A DNA stretch of 64,000 nucleotides from positions 2,720,001 through 2,784,000 of the forward strand of contig CAVRAY010000001.1 in assembly GCA_963719225.1 (NCBI GenBank). Reading direction: 5' to 3'. Source of the DNA: Thermoanaerobaculia bacterium (GTDB taxonomy: Bacteria; Acidobacteriota; Thermoanaerobaculia; UBA5066). Below the pieces are notes generated by a model, which was not told the DNA's origin, made no database searches, and worked only from the letters and a program-made list of their open reading frames with translations. Made by a program: the position numbers and the translations under genes. Positions 36,675-46,112 of this stretch are shown piece after piece (positions within the stretch are counted from its first letter, which is position 1; the number at the start of each line of letters is the position of its first letter).

Positions 36675-39466
36675 CCGACGGCGAACGCGAAGGCGCCGGC
36701 GTCCTCGCCCGGCTTGCGGTCGAGCTTCAGGCCGTACTCGAGGCGGATCGGACCGACCGGCGTCTGGTAGTGGAGGCCGAAGCCCGCACCGGAGCGGAGC
36801 TGTCCCAGACTGACGGTGCCCGGGTCGGCCCAGACGTTGCCGACGTCGAAAAAGAGCGCCGCCTCGAAGCCGCTGGCGACCGGAATGCGCCATTCGGCGT
36901 TCGCGATGAGCTCGACCGTCCCGCCGACGCCCACGCCGTCGGCATTCAGGGTTTCGCCCGGGATGCCGAGGTTGTCGCGCGGAAACGCGCGGTGGGTCGA
37001 CGACCCGCCCGCGAACAGACGCTCGGGAACGGGCACGATGAGATTCGGAGAGCAGGTCCCGGCCTCCTGCAGCTCCGGCGGGCACGCCTGACGGTTCCAG
37101 ATGATCCCGCCGCGCACCGAGAAGACGAACCGGGTCGTGCCGTAAGGCCGATAGAGGGCCGCCTGGAGGAGCGACTTGACGAAATCCGCGTCGGCGGTGA
37201 GGAAAGGGAAGGCGTACTTGACGTCCGCGGCCAGGAACGTTCCCGAACGCGGGTTCAGGGGGTCGTCCCGCCGGTCCCAGGTGACCCCGCCGGCGATCGA
37301 GCTGATGCGGCTCGGCTGGTTCGCGCGCTGGTCTGCGCCGAGCCCCGGGTCGGAGCTCGGATCCACGAGCTCGTACTGGTAGCGCAGGCCCGTCCGCAGC
37401 GAGGTCGACGGGTGGTACTCCACTTGAAGGAAGGCGCCCGTACGCTTCACGAGAATGTCCGAGAAGAAGTCGTTCGTGCGGTATGCGGCCACCGAGACGG
37501 GGACGAGGCCGCCGAAGAGCGAGCGGTCCCGCGCAGACAGGATGATCCGCGGGTCGCGATTCGAGAGTCGCCCTTCACCGCTGACCTCGAGCGCGCGTCC
37601 GAAGAGATTGTTGTAGGACACGCCGAGGGAAAGTCGCGCGGAGAGGTCGCTGCCGGCCGCCCGGGGCTGGTATTCGGCGCCGATGCCGTACGTGAGGCTC
37701 CACGGACGCGCTTCGGAGACGGTGACGAGCACGGCGCGGGACAGGGTCTCCGGGTCGGTCGAAAACGTGGAGACCTCGATCTTCTGGAAAATGCCGAGAC
37801 GCGCGAGATTCTGCTGCGTTTGGAGAAGCTTCGTGAGAGAGAACGGTGAGCCTTCCTTGTTCGCGAGGCGGTCCTCCACGATGAAAGGCTGGGTCCTCCG
37901 ATTTCCGCGCAGGATGGTCTTGCCGAAGGTCACGGGGGTGCCTTCGGTCACCTTGTACGTCACTTCCGCCCGCTCTCCCTCCGGCGGAACCGGATCCGGA
38001 AAGCGCACGGAGGACTCCACCTTCGCGTCCACGTAGCCCTGATCGACGTAGAGGGACTGAAGCAGCGCCGCGTCGTCGCTGACCGAAGATTCCGAGTACG
38101 GGAGGCCCGCCTGGACGACGAGACGCGGGAGGAGCGTCTTCTCCGGCATCGTCTTGATGCCCGTCACCGTCCGCGTCGCGACGTACGTCCTGAGCCCCTC
38201 CTCGACCTTGAACGTCACGTCGAGCGTGTCCCGCGAGGCCCCCTCGATGGCGGCGGGAGGCGACACCCTCGCGTATCGGAATCCGTTGGCACGATAGAGC
38301 GCCTCGAGGGCGTCCCGGTCCGCCGCCGCGTCTCCCTCCACGTATCGTCCCGCCTCGAGAAAACCGCGCGGGCGCATCTGGATCGCGCCGAAGACCTCCT
38401 TTCGCGACAGGCTCGTCACCCCCGTCACCTTCACGGAGGCGATCGTCCATCGCTCTCCTTTCTCGATCGTGAACACCACGAGCTCCTCGTCCGCCGTGGT
38501 CTCGAACGTGACGTCCACCTTCGCGCGTGCGTAGCCGCTTTCCTGGTACGTGCGCTTGAGGCCGTCTTTCAGGAGCTGGAGAGAGTCCTCATCCGAGGGC
38601 TCGCCGCGTGTCCACGGCGAGTCGGGATGCGCGCGCACGACCTTTTCGCTCTCGCCCGTGACCTTCAGGACGACGCGCGGGCCGACGAAGAGAGCGTAAT
38701 GCGGAATCACGACCGCTGAGGCGGCGTCGTACGACTCGTCGTCGAGGCGCACCTCCGCGCGCGAATACCCGGCCTTCCGGTAGGCCGCCGCATAGCGTTC
38801 CGCGTCCTCTCGCGCCGCGGCCCCGCGGTAGAACCTCCCCTTTTTCGATTTCGCCTTCGCGAGCAGAGTCGCCTCGTCGAGGGGCGCGATCGGCGCCGAG
38901 AAGCGCGGCGCTCCCGCGAGCGCGCGCGGCCCCCTTTCCACCTCGAACCGGACGACCACCGAGGTCTCGTCGGCGCCGGCTTCTACGACCGTCGCGATCT
39001 TCGGGCCGAAGTACCCCTCCTCGCGCAGGACGCGCCGGATCTCGGCTTCGTATCGGGGCTTGAGATCGCTCTGCCACGGATTCCCGGGCCCGAGACCGAT
39101 GGCGTCGAGGACACGGCCGGACGCGGGCACCCCCGACGAGAGCGTGAGCCGCTCGATCCGCGGCGCCGCTGAAAAAACGACGACCACGACGGAGCCGGCG
39201 GGCGAGGGCGACGCCTCGACGGCGAGGTCGGAAAAGAGGCGCGTCGCGAAGAGGTTGCGAAGGCTCGTCCGGACGGCCTCGCCCGTCAGGGTACGGCCCG
39301 GTGCGAGCTCGGTCAGGGCCGCGAGCCGCTCCTCGTCGACCGGGGCATCTCCGCGAAAGGACAGGGAGGCGATACCCGTTCCGTAGAACGTCGTCTCGGC
39401 GGCCCCGCGCGCCGCGACGAAAAGGAGCGTTCCGAGGCCGAGAAGAACGGCGCGGAACGATCTCAT
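36662..39466 (-). CDS. Omp85-family outer membrane protein (BamA/TamA-like) with multiple POTRA domains
   Basis: ATG 39466 with signal peptide; POTRA repeats; NLFG, DRRDD.LNP.SG, ERLFAGGS..RAF, TPVGPIRL, C-terminal YPF. Confidence 0.92.
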   Translation of the reverse strand: MRSFRAVLLGLGTLLFVAARGAAETTFYGTGIASLSFRGDAPVDEERLAALTELAPGRTLTGEAVRTSLRNLFATRLFSDLAVEASPSPAGSVVVVVFSAAPRIERLTLSSGVPASGRVLDAIGLGPGNPWQSDLKPRYEAEIRRVLREEGYFGPKIATVVEAGADETSVVVRFEVERGPRALAGAPRFSAPIAPLDEATLLAKAKSKKGRFYRGAAAREDAERYAAAYRKAGYSRAEVRLDDESYDAASAVVIPHYALFVGPRVVLKVTGESEKVVRAHPDSPWTRGEPSDEDSLQLLKDGLKRTYQESGYARAKVDVTFETTADEELVVFTIEKGERWTIASVKVTGVTSLSRKEVFGAIQMRPRGFLEAGRYVEGDAAADRDALEALYRANGFRYARVSPPAAIEGASRDTLDVTFKVEEGLRTYVATRTVTGIKTMPEKTLLPRLVVQAGLPYSESSVSDDAALLQSLYVDQGYVDAKVESSVRFPDPVPPEGERAEVTYKVTEGTPVTFGKTILRGNRRTQPFIVEDRLANKEGSPFSLTKLLQTQQNLARLGIFQKIEVSTFSTDPETLSRAVLVTVSEARPWSLTYGIGAEYQPRAAGSDLSARLSLGVSYNNLFGRALEVSGEGRLSNRDPRIILSARDRSLFGGLVPVSVAAYRTNDFFSDILVKRTGAFLQVEYHPSTSLRTGLRYQYELVDPSSDPGLGADQRANQPSRISSIAGGVTWDRRDDPLNPRSGTFLAADVKYAFPFLTADADFVKSLLQAALYRPYGTTRFVFSVRGGIIWNRQACPPELQEAGTCSPNLIVPVPERLFAGGSSTHRAFPRDNLGIPGETLNADGVGVGGTVELIANAEWRIPVASGFEAALFFDVGNVWADPGTVSLGQLRSGAGFGLHYQTPVGPIRLEYGLKLDRKPGEDAGAFAFAVGYPF

Positions 39467-42400
39467 CGCAGGCGCTGCCGGATGCGCAGCTCGAGCGAAT
39501 AGATTCCATTCTCGTCGAGCCGGGCCTGAATGGCTGCCGCGGGAGTGAGCTGGTAGTCGAGGGTGATGATCTGCTGCTGATTGCTCGACAGCACGAAGGA
39601 GACGGTCGCGTTGAAGTCCTTCCCGAGGCTCTTTCCGACGGTGACGCGCGGCGCGTCGAAGGACGTGCCCGTGATCGTGGGGTCGATCTGGAACCGGTCC
39701 AGCCGGAAAAACTCCTTCGTCCGGCTCGTGACGGCGGACGTCGCGAGGCTCGCGAGGAGCTCGCGTGCCGCCTTCGACACGGAATCGTCGGACGAGATCG
39801 GAGACCCTCCGACGGGCGCCCCCGCGACGGCGTTCTGCGGAATGTCGCCCGAGGTCATGAGCGAAACGATCTGCGCCTCGGAGAGCTGCGGGTCGGAGGA
39901 GAACCGGGGCACGAGGCGCGAAGGAGTTCCCGTGAGGCCGAACGACACCTGGTAACGGCTCACCGTTCCCCGCGCCTCGAGCTCGAAGAAGGGCTCGATG
40001 CGCAGCGGGTTCGAGAAGAGGACCTTGGCCGACAGGATTTCGTAGCGCTGGCCCTGCAGCGTGAGCCGGCCGCCCTCCTCGCCGGTGACTTCGCCGAACA
40101 GGAGCGGATGGCCCCACGTTCCGCGCACGAAGAGCTCGCCCGAGAGCTTCAGGCGTGCCACGTTGTTGCGCACCTCGATCGAGGAGGCCGGCGCAACCAG
40201 CCGGACGTCGAGCGTGACCGCGTCGAACGCAGTCGGGTTTCCGGCCGTCACGGCGGCGCGCTTGCGGGCGAGAAGCGACGCGATGTCCAGGGAAAAGTCG
40301 CGGCTGTAGATGGCCCGGTCGAGGGAGAGGTCGCCGCGCACGGTTCGAAGGGCCGTGTCGCCCAGGAGCACGAGATCTCCGGAGAACGTGGCCCGGAACC
40401 CGTCGAACGGCGACGCGCGCACGTGGCCGACGTGCGCGCTCAACCGGAAGGACGTGGGTTTGAGGCCGGACAGCGAGATGAAGCCTCCGAGATCCACCGT
40501 CCCGCCGTTGTATCGAACCGAGAAGTCCCCGACCGTGACGCGATCCTCCGAGAACAGGAGCGTTCCCGTCATCGACTCGAATGCCGTCCCGGCCGAAGAC
40601 GTGAGGTCCACGCCGTCGAGCGAGAGCCGGCCGAGGAGCACGGGCTTGGCGGCCGTCCCGGACACCCTGAGGTCCACGGTCGCGCGCCCGGCGGCGTTCA
40701 TTCCCTCGAGCGCCGGCTTGAGGAGCGCAGCGTCGAACGACCCGACCGCGGCCACGTCGACGGCGTGAGGCGCGCTCAGCCCCACACTGCCCGAGATCGT
40801 GAGCGCCGTCGGCGGCGCGGGCGGCAGGTCTTCGCGCGGCAGCTCGACGAGCGCGAGCTTTTCGAGAGAGACCTTTCCGTTTTCCGCCTTGAGAACTGCC
40901 GGTGCGCGGAGCTCGAGCGTCCTCCCGTAGGCCGTGACACGCGCGGCGGACACCGTGCCCGCGCCCCGCAGGGCATCCACGTCCTTCCCGGCCGAGAGCG
41001 ACACCTCGGCGGAGAGCCGCCCGTCCAGGCGGGCCTCCTCCGGCAAGCCGAAGAGGGACGCGAACGGCGCGAGCGAAGACACCTCGATGCGGCCGCGCCA
41101 TCGATCTCTCGTCGCGTCGGGTTCGAGCGTGGCTTCGGCCGCATCGGGGGCGCGCGCCAGGAACGTGTAGACGCCGCGGACGGCCTTGACCTGGACCTCG
41201 AGCTGCGTGCCGATTCGCTCGAGCGGGCTCCCGCTCCATGCCGCGTCGGCGACGAGTGCCGCCACCGATAAGTTCGGCTCGTCGAGGGTCCCCGATCCCT
41301 TCACCTGCCCCGTGAGAGTCCCGGTCAGAGGCAATCCCTCGGCCGCGTCCAGCCGGGCGATGGGAATGGAGCGGAGGTCGAGATCGAGCTCGTACGCCCG
41401 GTCGGCGTATCGAAAGAAGCCGCCGAGGCGCGCGGTTCCGTCCGCCAGCCGCGCCGTCGCGTTCTCGACGGCGATCCGGTCCTTCTCGAAAGCCAGGACG
41501 CCTTCGAGCGCGTCGATCTTCTGTCCCCACAGGCTCGCCTGGGTCAGGACGAGCGGAATCCGCCCCGACAGGGCCGGGGTCACGCCGTTCAGCGGAAGGC
41601 GTCCCGTACCTGCGCCGGTGATCGGCAGGTCGATGTCGAGGAACTTCAGCACGCGCTCGATCGGCCAGGCGGAAAACTCCGCCACGAGTCCGTCCAGGCG
41701 ATAGGCGCCCATGAGGGCCCCGCCCCAGCCGATCTTCCCGGTGAGGGAGAGAGAGGCGTTCCCGTCCGTCGCGGTGAAAGGCGAGAAGGTCGCCACGTTC
41801 CGGTCCACGAGGAACGCCGCCGACGCCGTGCCGAAGGGAACGTTCCGGAGCACGAAGCCCGTGGCGTCGAGGCGCCCTTCGATGCGCGGATCCGAGAAGC
41901 TGCGGGAGAGGCGAGCGGCGATCCGGCCCGTTCCCCCGAGCCCGAGGGGCGGCGTCAACGGTTCGTTCTGGATGGCGGGATAGAAGTTATCCGCGAGGCG
42001 CTCGACCTCGGCGAGGTCGTCGGAAGCGATCTCGAGCTGGAGATCCGGCTCCCAGGTTCCGAGGCGAATCCCGCCGTCGACCCGGATCCTGGCGCCTCCC
42101 GCCGTCGCGAAGTTGACGCCGTCGAAGAGGAGATGCCCGTCGCGGACCTCGAGGGGACCGCCTCCGGAGACCGGAAGCGCGAAACGGCCCTCGACTGCCG
42201 AAGGGCGTCCCGGCTCGGGCGTCAGGGTCATGCGTCCGATCCCGTCGGCATGCTCGATTCCGCCGCGTCCGAAAGTGAGAGTCGTGTCGAGATCGACGCG
42301 TCCCTCGAGCCCGGTTCCCCGGAGCCCGAGGTCCCCGAAGAACTGTTCGAAGTCCAGGCCGTGGCCGCGCAGCGCGATGCGGACCGGGAGGGGCGGGTTC

Positions 42401-43446
42401 TTGATCCGCTCGAGCTGGACGAGCGCCTCGAGCGTTCCTCCCGCGTAGCTCGCGCGCGTCACGTTCACGAGGAGGCCCTTCGGGTCCACGCGAAGGAGGC
42501 CCTCCCCGGTCATCGGAAACGGTCCGAACGCGGCGGCGACGAGGTCGAACGCGCCGTTGATGCGGAAGCCGCCCGGCTCGCCGAAGCGCATGGTGCCGCG
42601 CAGCGCAACGCCGCCGGTGACGGGAAGGCCGAGCCCGAAGACCTTCGACAGCGCCTCGCCGGTCGTCTCGGCGCGCGCGGCGAGCGCGAGAACGGGCTTC
42701 CTCAGATCATCGACGCCCCCCGAGGCCTCGAGCTTGAGCTTGTCGCCGCGCAGCCTCAGCCCCGTCAGGTGCACGCGCCCGGGCGCGAGAATCACTTCCG
42801 CGCCGATCGCGAACTCGAGCGTCTCGTTCTCCTCCAGCCGGAATCGTCCCTTGCGGCACGCGAGCGCGAGATGGGTCACCGTACGGCTGCGGCCGGCTCT
42901 GGCCGTGACCGCGGCGTTCTGGAGCACCGCGTCGATCTCGGAGTCCCATTCCCGGAAGCGGAGCGTCGCGCGCTGGATGACCGCCTCGCGGAGGCGGACG
43001 TCGACGCCGCCGTCGCCTCCTCCCGCGAAGGCATCGAGAATCGACTGCAGGTTCGTGGTGCCGTCCGGGAACACCTCGACGACCACGCGCGGTGAGACGA
43101 CGCGAAGCTTCGGGATGTCGACGCGGCTCTTCGTGATCGTCGGCAGGCCGCGCAGCTCGATCTCGGAGGCCGAGAAGGCCGGGCCCGCGAGGCCCCGCCG
43201 GTCGTTCGCCACCGAGACGTCGCGCACGAGAAACGCGAAGGGGACGAGCGCGAGGTCGAAGCTCCCGATCGTGACGGCCCGGCCGATCTTCGCCGTCAGA
43301 AGCGTTTCGGTCCGGCGGCGCAGCAGCTCCTGGAAACGCGAGGAGCGAAAAACCGCGTACAGGACCAGCGCCGTGAAGACGAGAAGAAGCGTGAAGAGAC
43401 GGACGAGCCGGACTTGCGTGAGGGAGAGGTGCGGAAGGCGGCGCAT
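39463..43446 (-). CDS. tamB: Translocation/assembly module TamB-like protein
   Basis: N-terminal TM anchor, 1327-aa beta-rich body, C-terminal F.SDP.LS...IVSL...TVGK; coupled to the Omp85 gene. Confidence 0.85.
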   Translation of the reverse strand: MRRLPHLSLTQVRLVRLFTLLLVFTALVLYAVFRSSRFQELLRRRTETLLTAKIGRAVTIGSFDLALVPFAFLVRDVSVANDRRGLAGPAFSASEIELRGLPTITKSRVDIPKLRVVSPRVVVEVFPDGTTNLQSILDAFAGGGDGGVDVRLREAVIQRATLRFREWDSEIDAVLQNAAVTARAGRSRTVTHLALACRKGRFRLEENETLEFAIGAEVILAPGRVHLTGLRLRGDKLKLEASGGVDDLRKPVLALAARAETTGEALSKVFGLGLPVTGGVALRGTMRFGEPGGFRINGAFDLVAAAFGPFPMTGEGLLRVDPKGLLVNVTRASYAGGTLEALVQLERIKNPPLPVRIALRGHGLDFEQFFGDLGLRGTGLEGRVDLDTTLTFGRGGIEHADGIGRMTLTPEPGRPSAVEGRFALPVSGGGPLEVRDGHLLFDGVNFATAGGARIRVDGGIRLGTWEPDLQLEIASDDLAEVERLADNFYPAIQNEPLTPPLGLGGTGRIAARLSRSFSDPRIEGRLDATGFVLRNVPFGTASAAFLVDRNVATFSPFTATDGNASLSLTGKIGWGGALMGAYRLDGLVAEFSAWPIERVLKFLDIDLPITGAGTGRLPLNGVTPALSGRIPLVLTQASLWGQKIDALEGVLAFEKDRIAVENATARLADGTARLGGFFRYADRAYELDLDLRSIPIARLDAAEGLPLTGTLTGQVKGSGTLDEPNLSVAALVADAAWSGSPLERIGTQLEVQVKAVRGVYTFLARAPDAAEATLEPDATRDRWRGRIEVSSLAPFASLFGLPEEARLDGRLSAEVSLSAGKDVDALRGAGTVSAARVTAYGRTLELRAPAVLKAENGKVSLEKLALVELPREDLPPAPPTALTISGSVGLSAPHAVDVAAVGSFDAALLKPALEGMNAAGRATVDLRVSGTAAKPVLLGRLSLDGVDLTSSAGTAFESMTGTLLFSEDRVTVGDFSVRYNGGTVDLGGFISLSGLKPTSFRLSAHVGHVRASPFDGFRATFSGDLVLLGDTALRTVRGDLSLDRAIYSRDFSLDIASLLARKRAAVTAGNPTAFDAVTLDVRLVAPASSIEVRNNVARLKLSGELFVRGTWGHPLLFGEVTGEEGGRLTLQGQRYEILSAKVLFSNPLRIEPFFELEARGTVSRYQVSFGLTGTPSRLVPRFSSDPQLSEAQIVSLMTSGDIPQNAVAGAPVGGSPISSDDSVSKAARELLASLATSAVTSRTKEFFRLDRFQIDPTITGTSFDAPRVTVGKSLGKDFNATVSFVLSSNQQQIITLDYQLTPAAAIQARLDENGIYSLELRIRQRLR

Positions 43447-43453
43447 CTCCTCG

Positions 43454-44353
43454 TTACCGAGCCGCGTTCTCCCGCTCGCCGCCGAACGAGAGCTTCCGCG
43501 CGAGGACGTCGAAGAAAGACGCTTCCGAGGCCCGCACGAGAGACACCGAGCCGGAGGACCGGGCGATCGAGATCCGCGTCGTCGAGCCCACGGGGAATCC
43601 CTCCTGGCCGTCGAGCGTCAGGAAGACGTCGGTGGGGTCGTTCTCCACGGAGAGGTCGAGGCGGACGGAATCCGGAAGGACAAAGGGACGCAGGGTCAGT
43701 GTGTGGGGGCAGATGGGCGTGAGAACGAGCGCCGGCAACGTCGGCTCGAGGATGGGGCCGCCCGCCGAGAGGTTGTAGGCCGTGGAGCCCGTCGGCGTCG
43801 ACACGATGAGGCCGTCTCCCCGGTACCGCGAGACCATGCGCCCGTCGACGTCGACGCGGATCGTCGCGATGCGCGCGAGCGCCGACTTCGAGAGCACGGC
43901 GTCGTTCACGACGTGATAACGGCGCGGCGCGCGCGTTCGATCCGACACGCGGACCGACAGGAGGCGCCGTCTCTCGAGGTGCGCCGTTCCCGCGAGCGCT
44001 CTCTCGAGCACGTCCTTCGATTCGTCCGGCCTGCAGGTCGTCAGGAAGCCGAGCGTGCCGATGTCGATCCCCAGGACCGGGACGCCGGGCGCGGGATGCC
44101 GCGCCACCGAGAGGAGCGTCCCGTCCCCTCCCAGCGTCACGACGAGATCCACGAGACGCGCGATCTGCGCGCGGGGCGCCCCGCCCGAAACGCCGCGGGC
44201 CCGCGAGGACTCGACGTCGTGGATCACCGTGATCCCGCGGCGCGAGAGCTGGCGCTCGAGCTTGCGCGAAAGAGAGATCGCCGCCGCGCTGCTGTAGCGC
44301 GTCACGAGACCCACGCGCCGCACGCGACGGCCCGGCCGAAGCCCGGATTTCAC
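43454..44353 (-). CDS. nadK: NAD kinase
   Basis: LGGDGTLL, G.LGFL, ND, GDGLIVSTPTGSTAYNLSAGGP, PICPH. Confidence 0.96.
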   Translation of the reverse strand: MKSGLRPGRRVRRVGLVTRYSSAAAISLSRKLERQLSRRGITVIHDVESSRARGVSGGAPRAQIARLVDLVVTLGGDGTLLSVARHPAPGVPVLGIDIGTLGFLTTCRPDESKDVLERALAGTAHLERRRLLSVRVSDRTRAPRRYHVVNDAVLSKSALARIATIRVDVDGRMVSRYRGDGLIVSTPTGSTAYNLSAGGPILEPTLPALVLTPICPHTLTLRPFVLPDSVRLDLSVENDPTDVFLTLDGQEGFPVGSTTRISIARSSGSVSLVRASEASFFDVLARKLSFGGERENAAR

Positions 44354-45099
44354 CCCGGAAGTGTAGCGGGATTCCTCCGGAACACGGCGAGGAGCTCCAC
44401 GTTTCCTTCCGCCCCGGTGATCGGGGATTCGACTGCTCCGCGGCTGGTGAGAGAGAGCCGCGCGGCGGCCGCCACGACGCGCGCCAGGGCGCGCTCGCGC
44501 ACGGCTTCATCGCGCACGATGCCGCCCCGGCCGACCTCTCGGCGCGTCGCCTCGAACTGCGGCTTGACCAGGACGAGGACGTCGGCCTCGTCCGCGAGAA
44601 GCGGCACCGCCGCGGGCAGAACGAGCGTGAGCGAGATGAACGACAGGTCGGCCACGAGAAGCGAGGGAGCCTCCGGCACCTCGGCCCGGCTCAGGAACCG
44701 CGCGTTCACTTTCTCCCGCAGGACGACGCGCGGGTCGTTCCGAAGGCGGGCGTGGAGCTGGCCGTAGCCCACGTCGACGGCATAAACCCGCGAGGCGCCG
44801 CGTGCAAGGAGGACGTCCGTGAACCCTCCGGTCGACGCGCCCAGGTCGAGACAGATCCGCCCTTTCGGGTCGATCTCGAAACGAGTCAGGCCGAAGTCCA
44901 GCTTCACTCCCCCTCGCGAGACCCAGGGATGCTCGGGCTCCCCGACCGTGATTTCGGCGTCCAGGGTCACGGGCGTTCCGGGCTTGACCCGCTCGTGGCC
45001 GGCGACCGAAACCCGGCCCGCGAGGATCAGCGCCTCGGCCCGGGTCCGCGATTCCGCGAGACCGCGTTCCACGAGCGCGACGTCGAGACGTTTTCTCAG
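44350..45099 (-). CDS. tlyA: TlyA rRNA 2'-O-methyltransferase
   Basis: RKRLDVALVERGL..SR, WVSRGG.KL, LDLGASTGGFTD, AVDVGYGQL, DLSFISL, LVKPQFE, GNVE; CTG start inferred. Confidence 0.95.
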   Translation of the reverse strand: MRKRLDVALVERGLAESRTRAEALILAGRVSVAGHERVKPGTPVTLDAEITVGEPEHPWVSRGGVKLDFGLTRFEIDPKGRICLDLGASTGGFTDVLLARGASRVYAVDVGYGQLHARLRNDPRVVLREKVNARFLSRAEVPEAPSLLVADLSFISLTLVLPAAVPLLADEADVLVLVKPQFEATRREVGRGGIVRDEAVRERALARVVAAAARLSLTSRGAVESPITGAEGNVELLAVFRRNPATLPG

Positions 45100-45468
45100 A
45101 GGGTCACGACGACCTTGAGGACGTCGCCCCCCTGCCGCGCCAGCGCGAAGGCCTCGGCCGCTCGCGCGAGAGGCACGCGGTTCGTCACGACGTCCCGGGC
45201 GCGGACGGCCCCGCGCTCGAGGAGTGTCAGGGCCTCCCGGAAATCCCGCGCGCCGCAAGAGTAGGAAAAGAGCATCGAAAGGTCGCGCAGGTAAGGCAGG
45301 TGCGGCTCGATCGTCCAGGTCTTGCCGGGCTGAATGGGTGAATAGAAGACGACCCGAGCCGCGGGGCCTGCCGCGGCGAGCGCCGCGGCCACGGCGGACT
45401 CCGCAGTCGGCAACACAAAGATGACGTCCGCGCCCGCGCGATCTCCTCTCTTCACCTTCTCAGAAAGG
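45090..45468. repeat. Dispersed motif cluster 5 (weaker)
   Basis: GTTTTCTCAGAGGGT 45090; inverted TTCACCTTCTCAGAAAGG 45451-45468 after a pyrimidine tract. Confidence 0.55.
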
Positions 45469-46112
45469 TCCTCTTCGGGCGCCAGCACCTGGTCGAAGCC
45501 GAGTCGAAAGGCATGGGCTCGCCGCGCGGGATCGGGATCGCAGCCGACGAGCGTCCCGGCGCCCGCCGACTTCGCGACGAGACCGAGCAGGATGCCGTTC
45601 GCCCCGAGGCCGATCACCGCGACGGAATCCCCCTCCGCGATCCGCGCCCGGCGCACCGCCTTCACCGCGCACGCGAGCGGCTCGACGAGGGCGCCGTCCT
45701 CGAACGAGAGGGCGTCCGGAAGGCGCAGCGTGTCCGTCGCGACCGCGGCGGCCTCGACGCGCACGTACTCCGCGAGCCCGCCTGGGTGGAGGCGCGTCTT
45801 CTTCCACTCTGGGCACATGACGTCCTCTCCGGCCCGGCAGAAGCGGCACGCGCCGCAGGCCGCGTGGTGGTGAACGACGACGCGGTCGCCGGGCCTGACG
45901 GCGTCGACGCCGGGTCCGGTCGCGGCGACGACGCCCGCCGGCTCGTGACCAAGGACGACCGGCGCCTTCGACGCGACGTACCACCCCGTCGTGTCGCTCC
46001 CGCAGATTCCGACGGCCTTCATGGCGACGGTGATTTCGCCCGGGCCCGGGACCGGCTTCTCCATCTCCACGACGGCGATGTCCTCCAGCGACCGGACGAG
46101 GACAGCCCTCAC
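45096..46112 (-). CDS. Zinc-dependent alcohol/polyol dehydrogenase (MDR)
   Basis: GTG 46112; GICGSD, GHE.AG, CGACRFC......MC, EPLAC, GLGANG. Confidence 0.9.
   Translation of the reverse strand: MRAVLVRSLEDIAVVEMEKPVPGPGEITVAMKAVGICGSDTTGWYVASKAPVVLGHEPAGVVAATGPGVDAVRPGDRVVVHHHAACGACRFCRAGEDVMCPEWKKTRLHPGGLAEYVRVEAAAVATDTLRLPDALSFEDGALVEPLACAVKAVRRARIAEGDSVAVIGLGANGILLGLVAKSAGAGTLVGCDPDPARRAHAFRLGFDQVLAPEEDLSEKVKRGDRAGADVIFVLPTAESAVAAALAAAGPAARVVFYSPIQPGKTWTIEPHLPYLRDLSMLFSYSCGARDFREALTLLERGAVRARDVVTNRVPLARAAEAFALARQGGDVLKVVVTL

Noticed and set aside
39467-41530. N-terminal extension making the Omp85 ORF 1622 aa
   Set aside because: Arg-rich off-frame overlap with tamB; the signal peptide starts at ATG 39466
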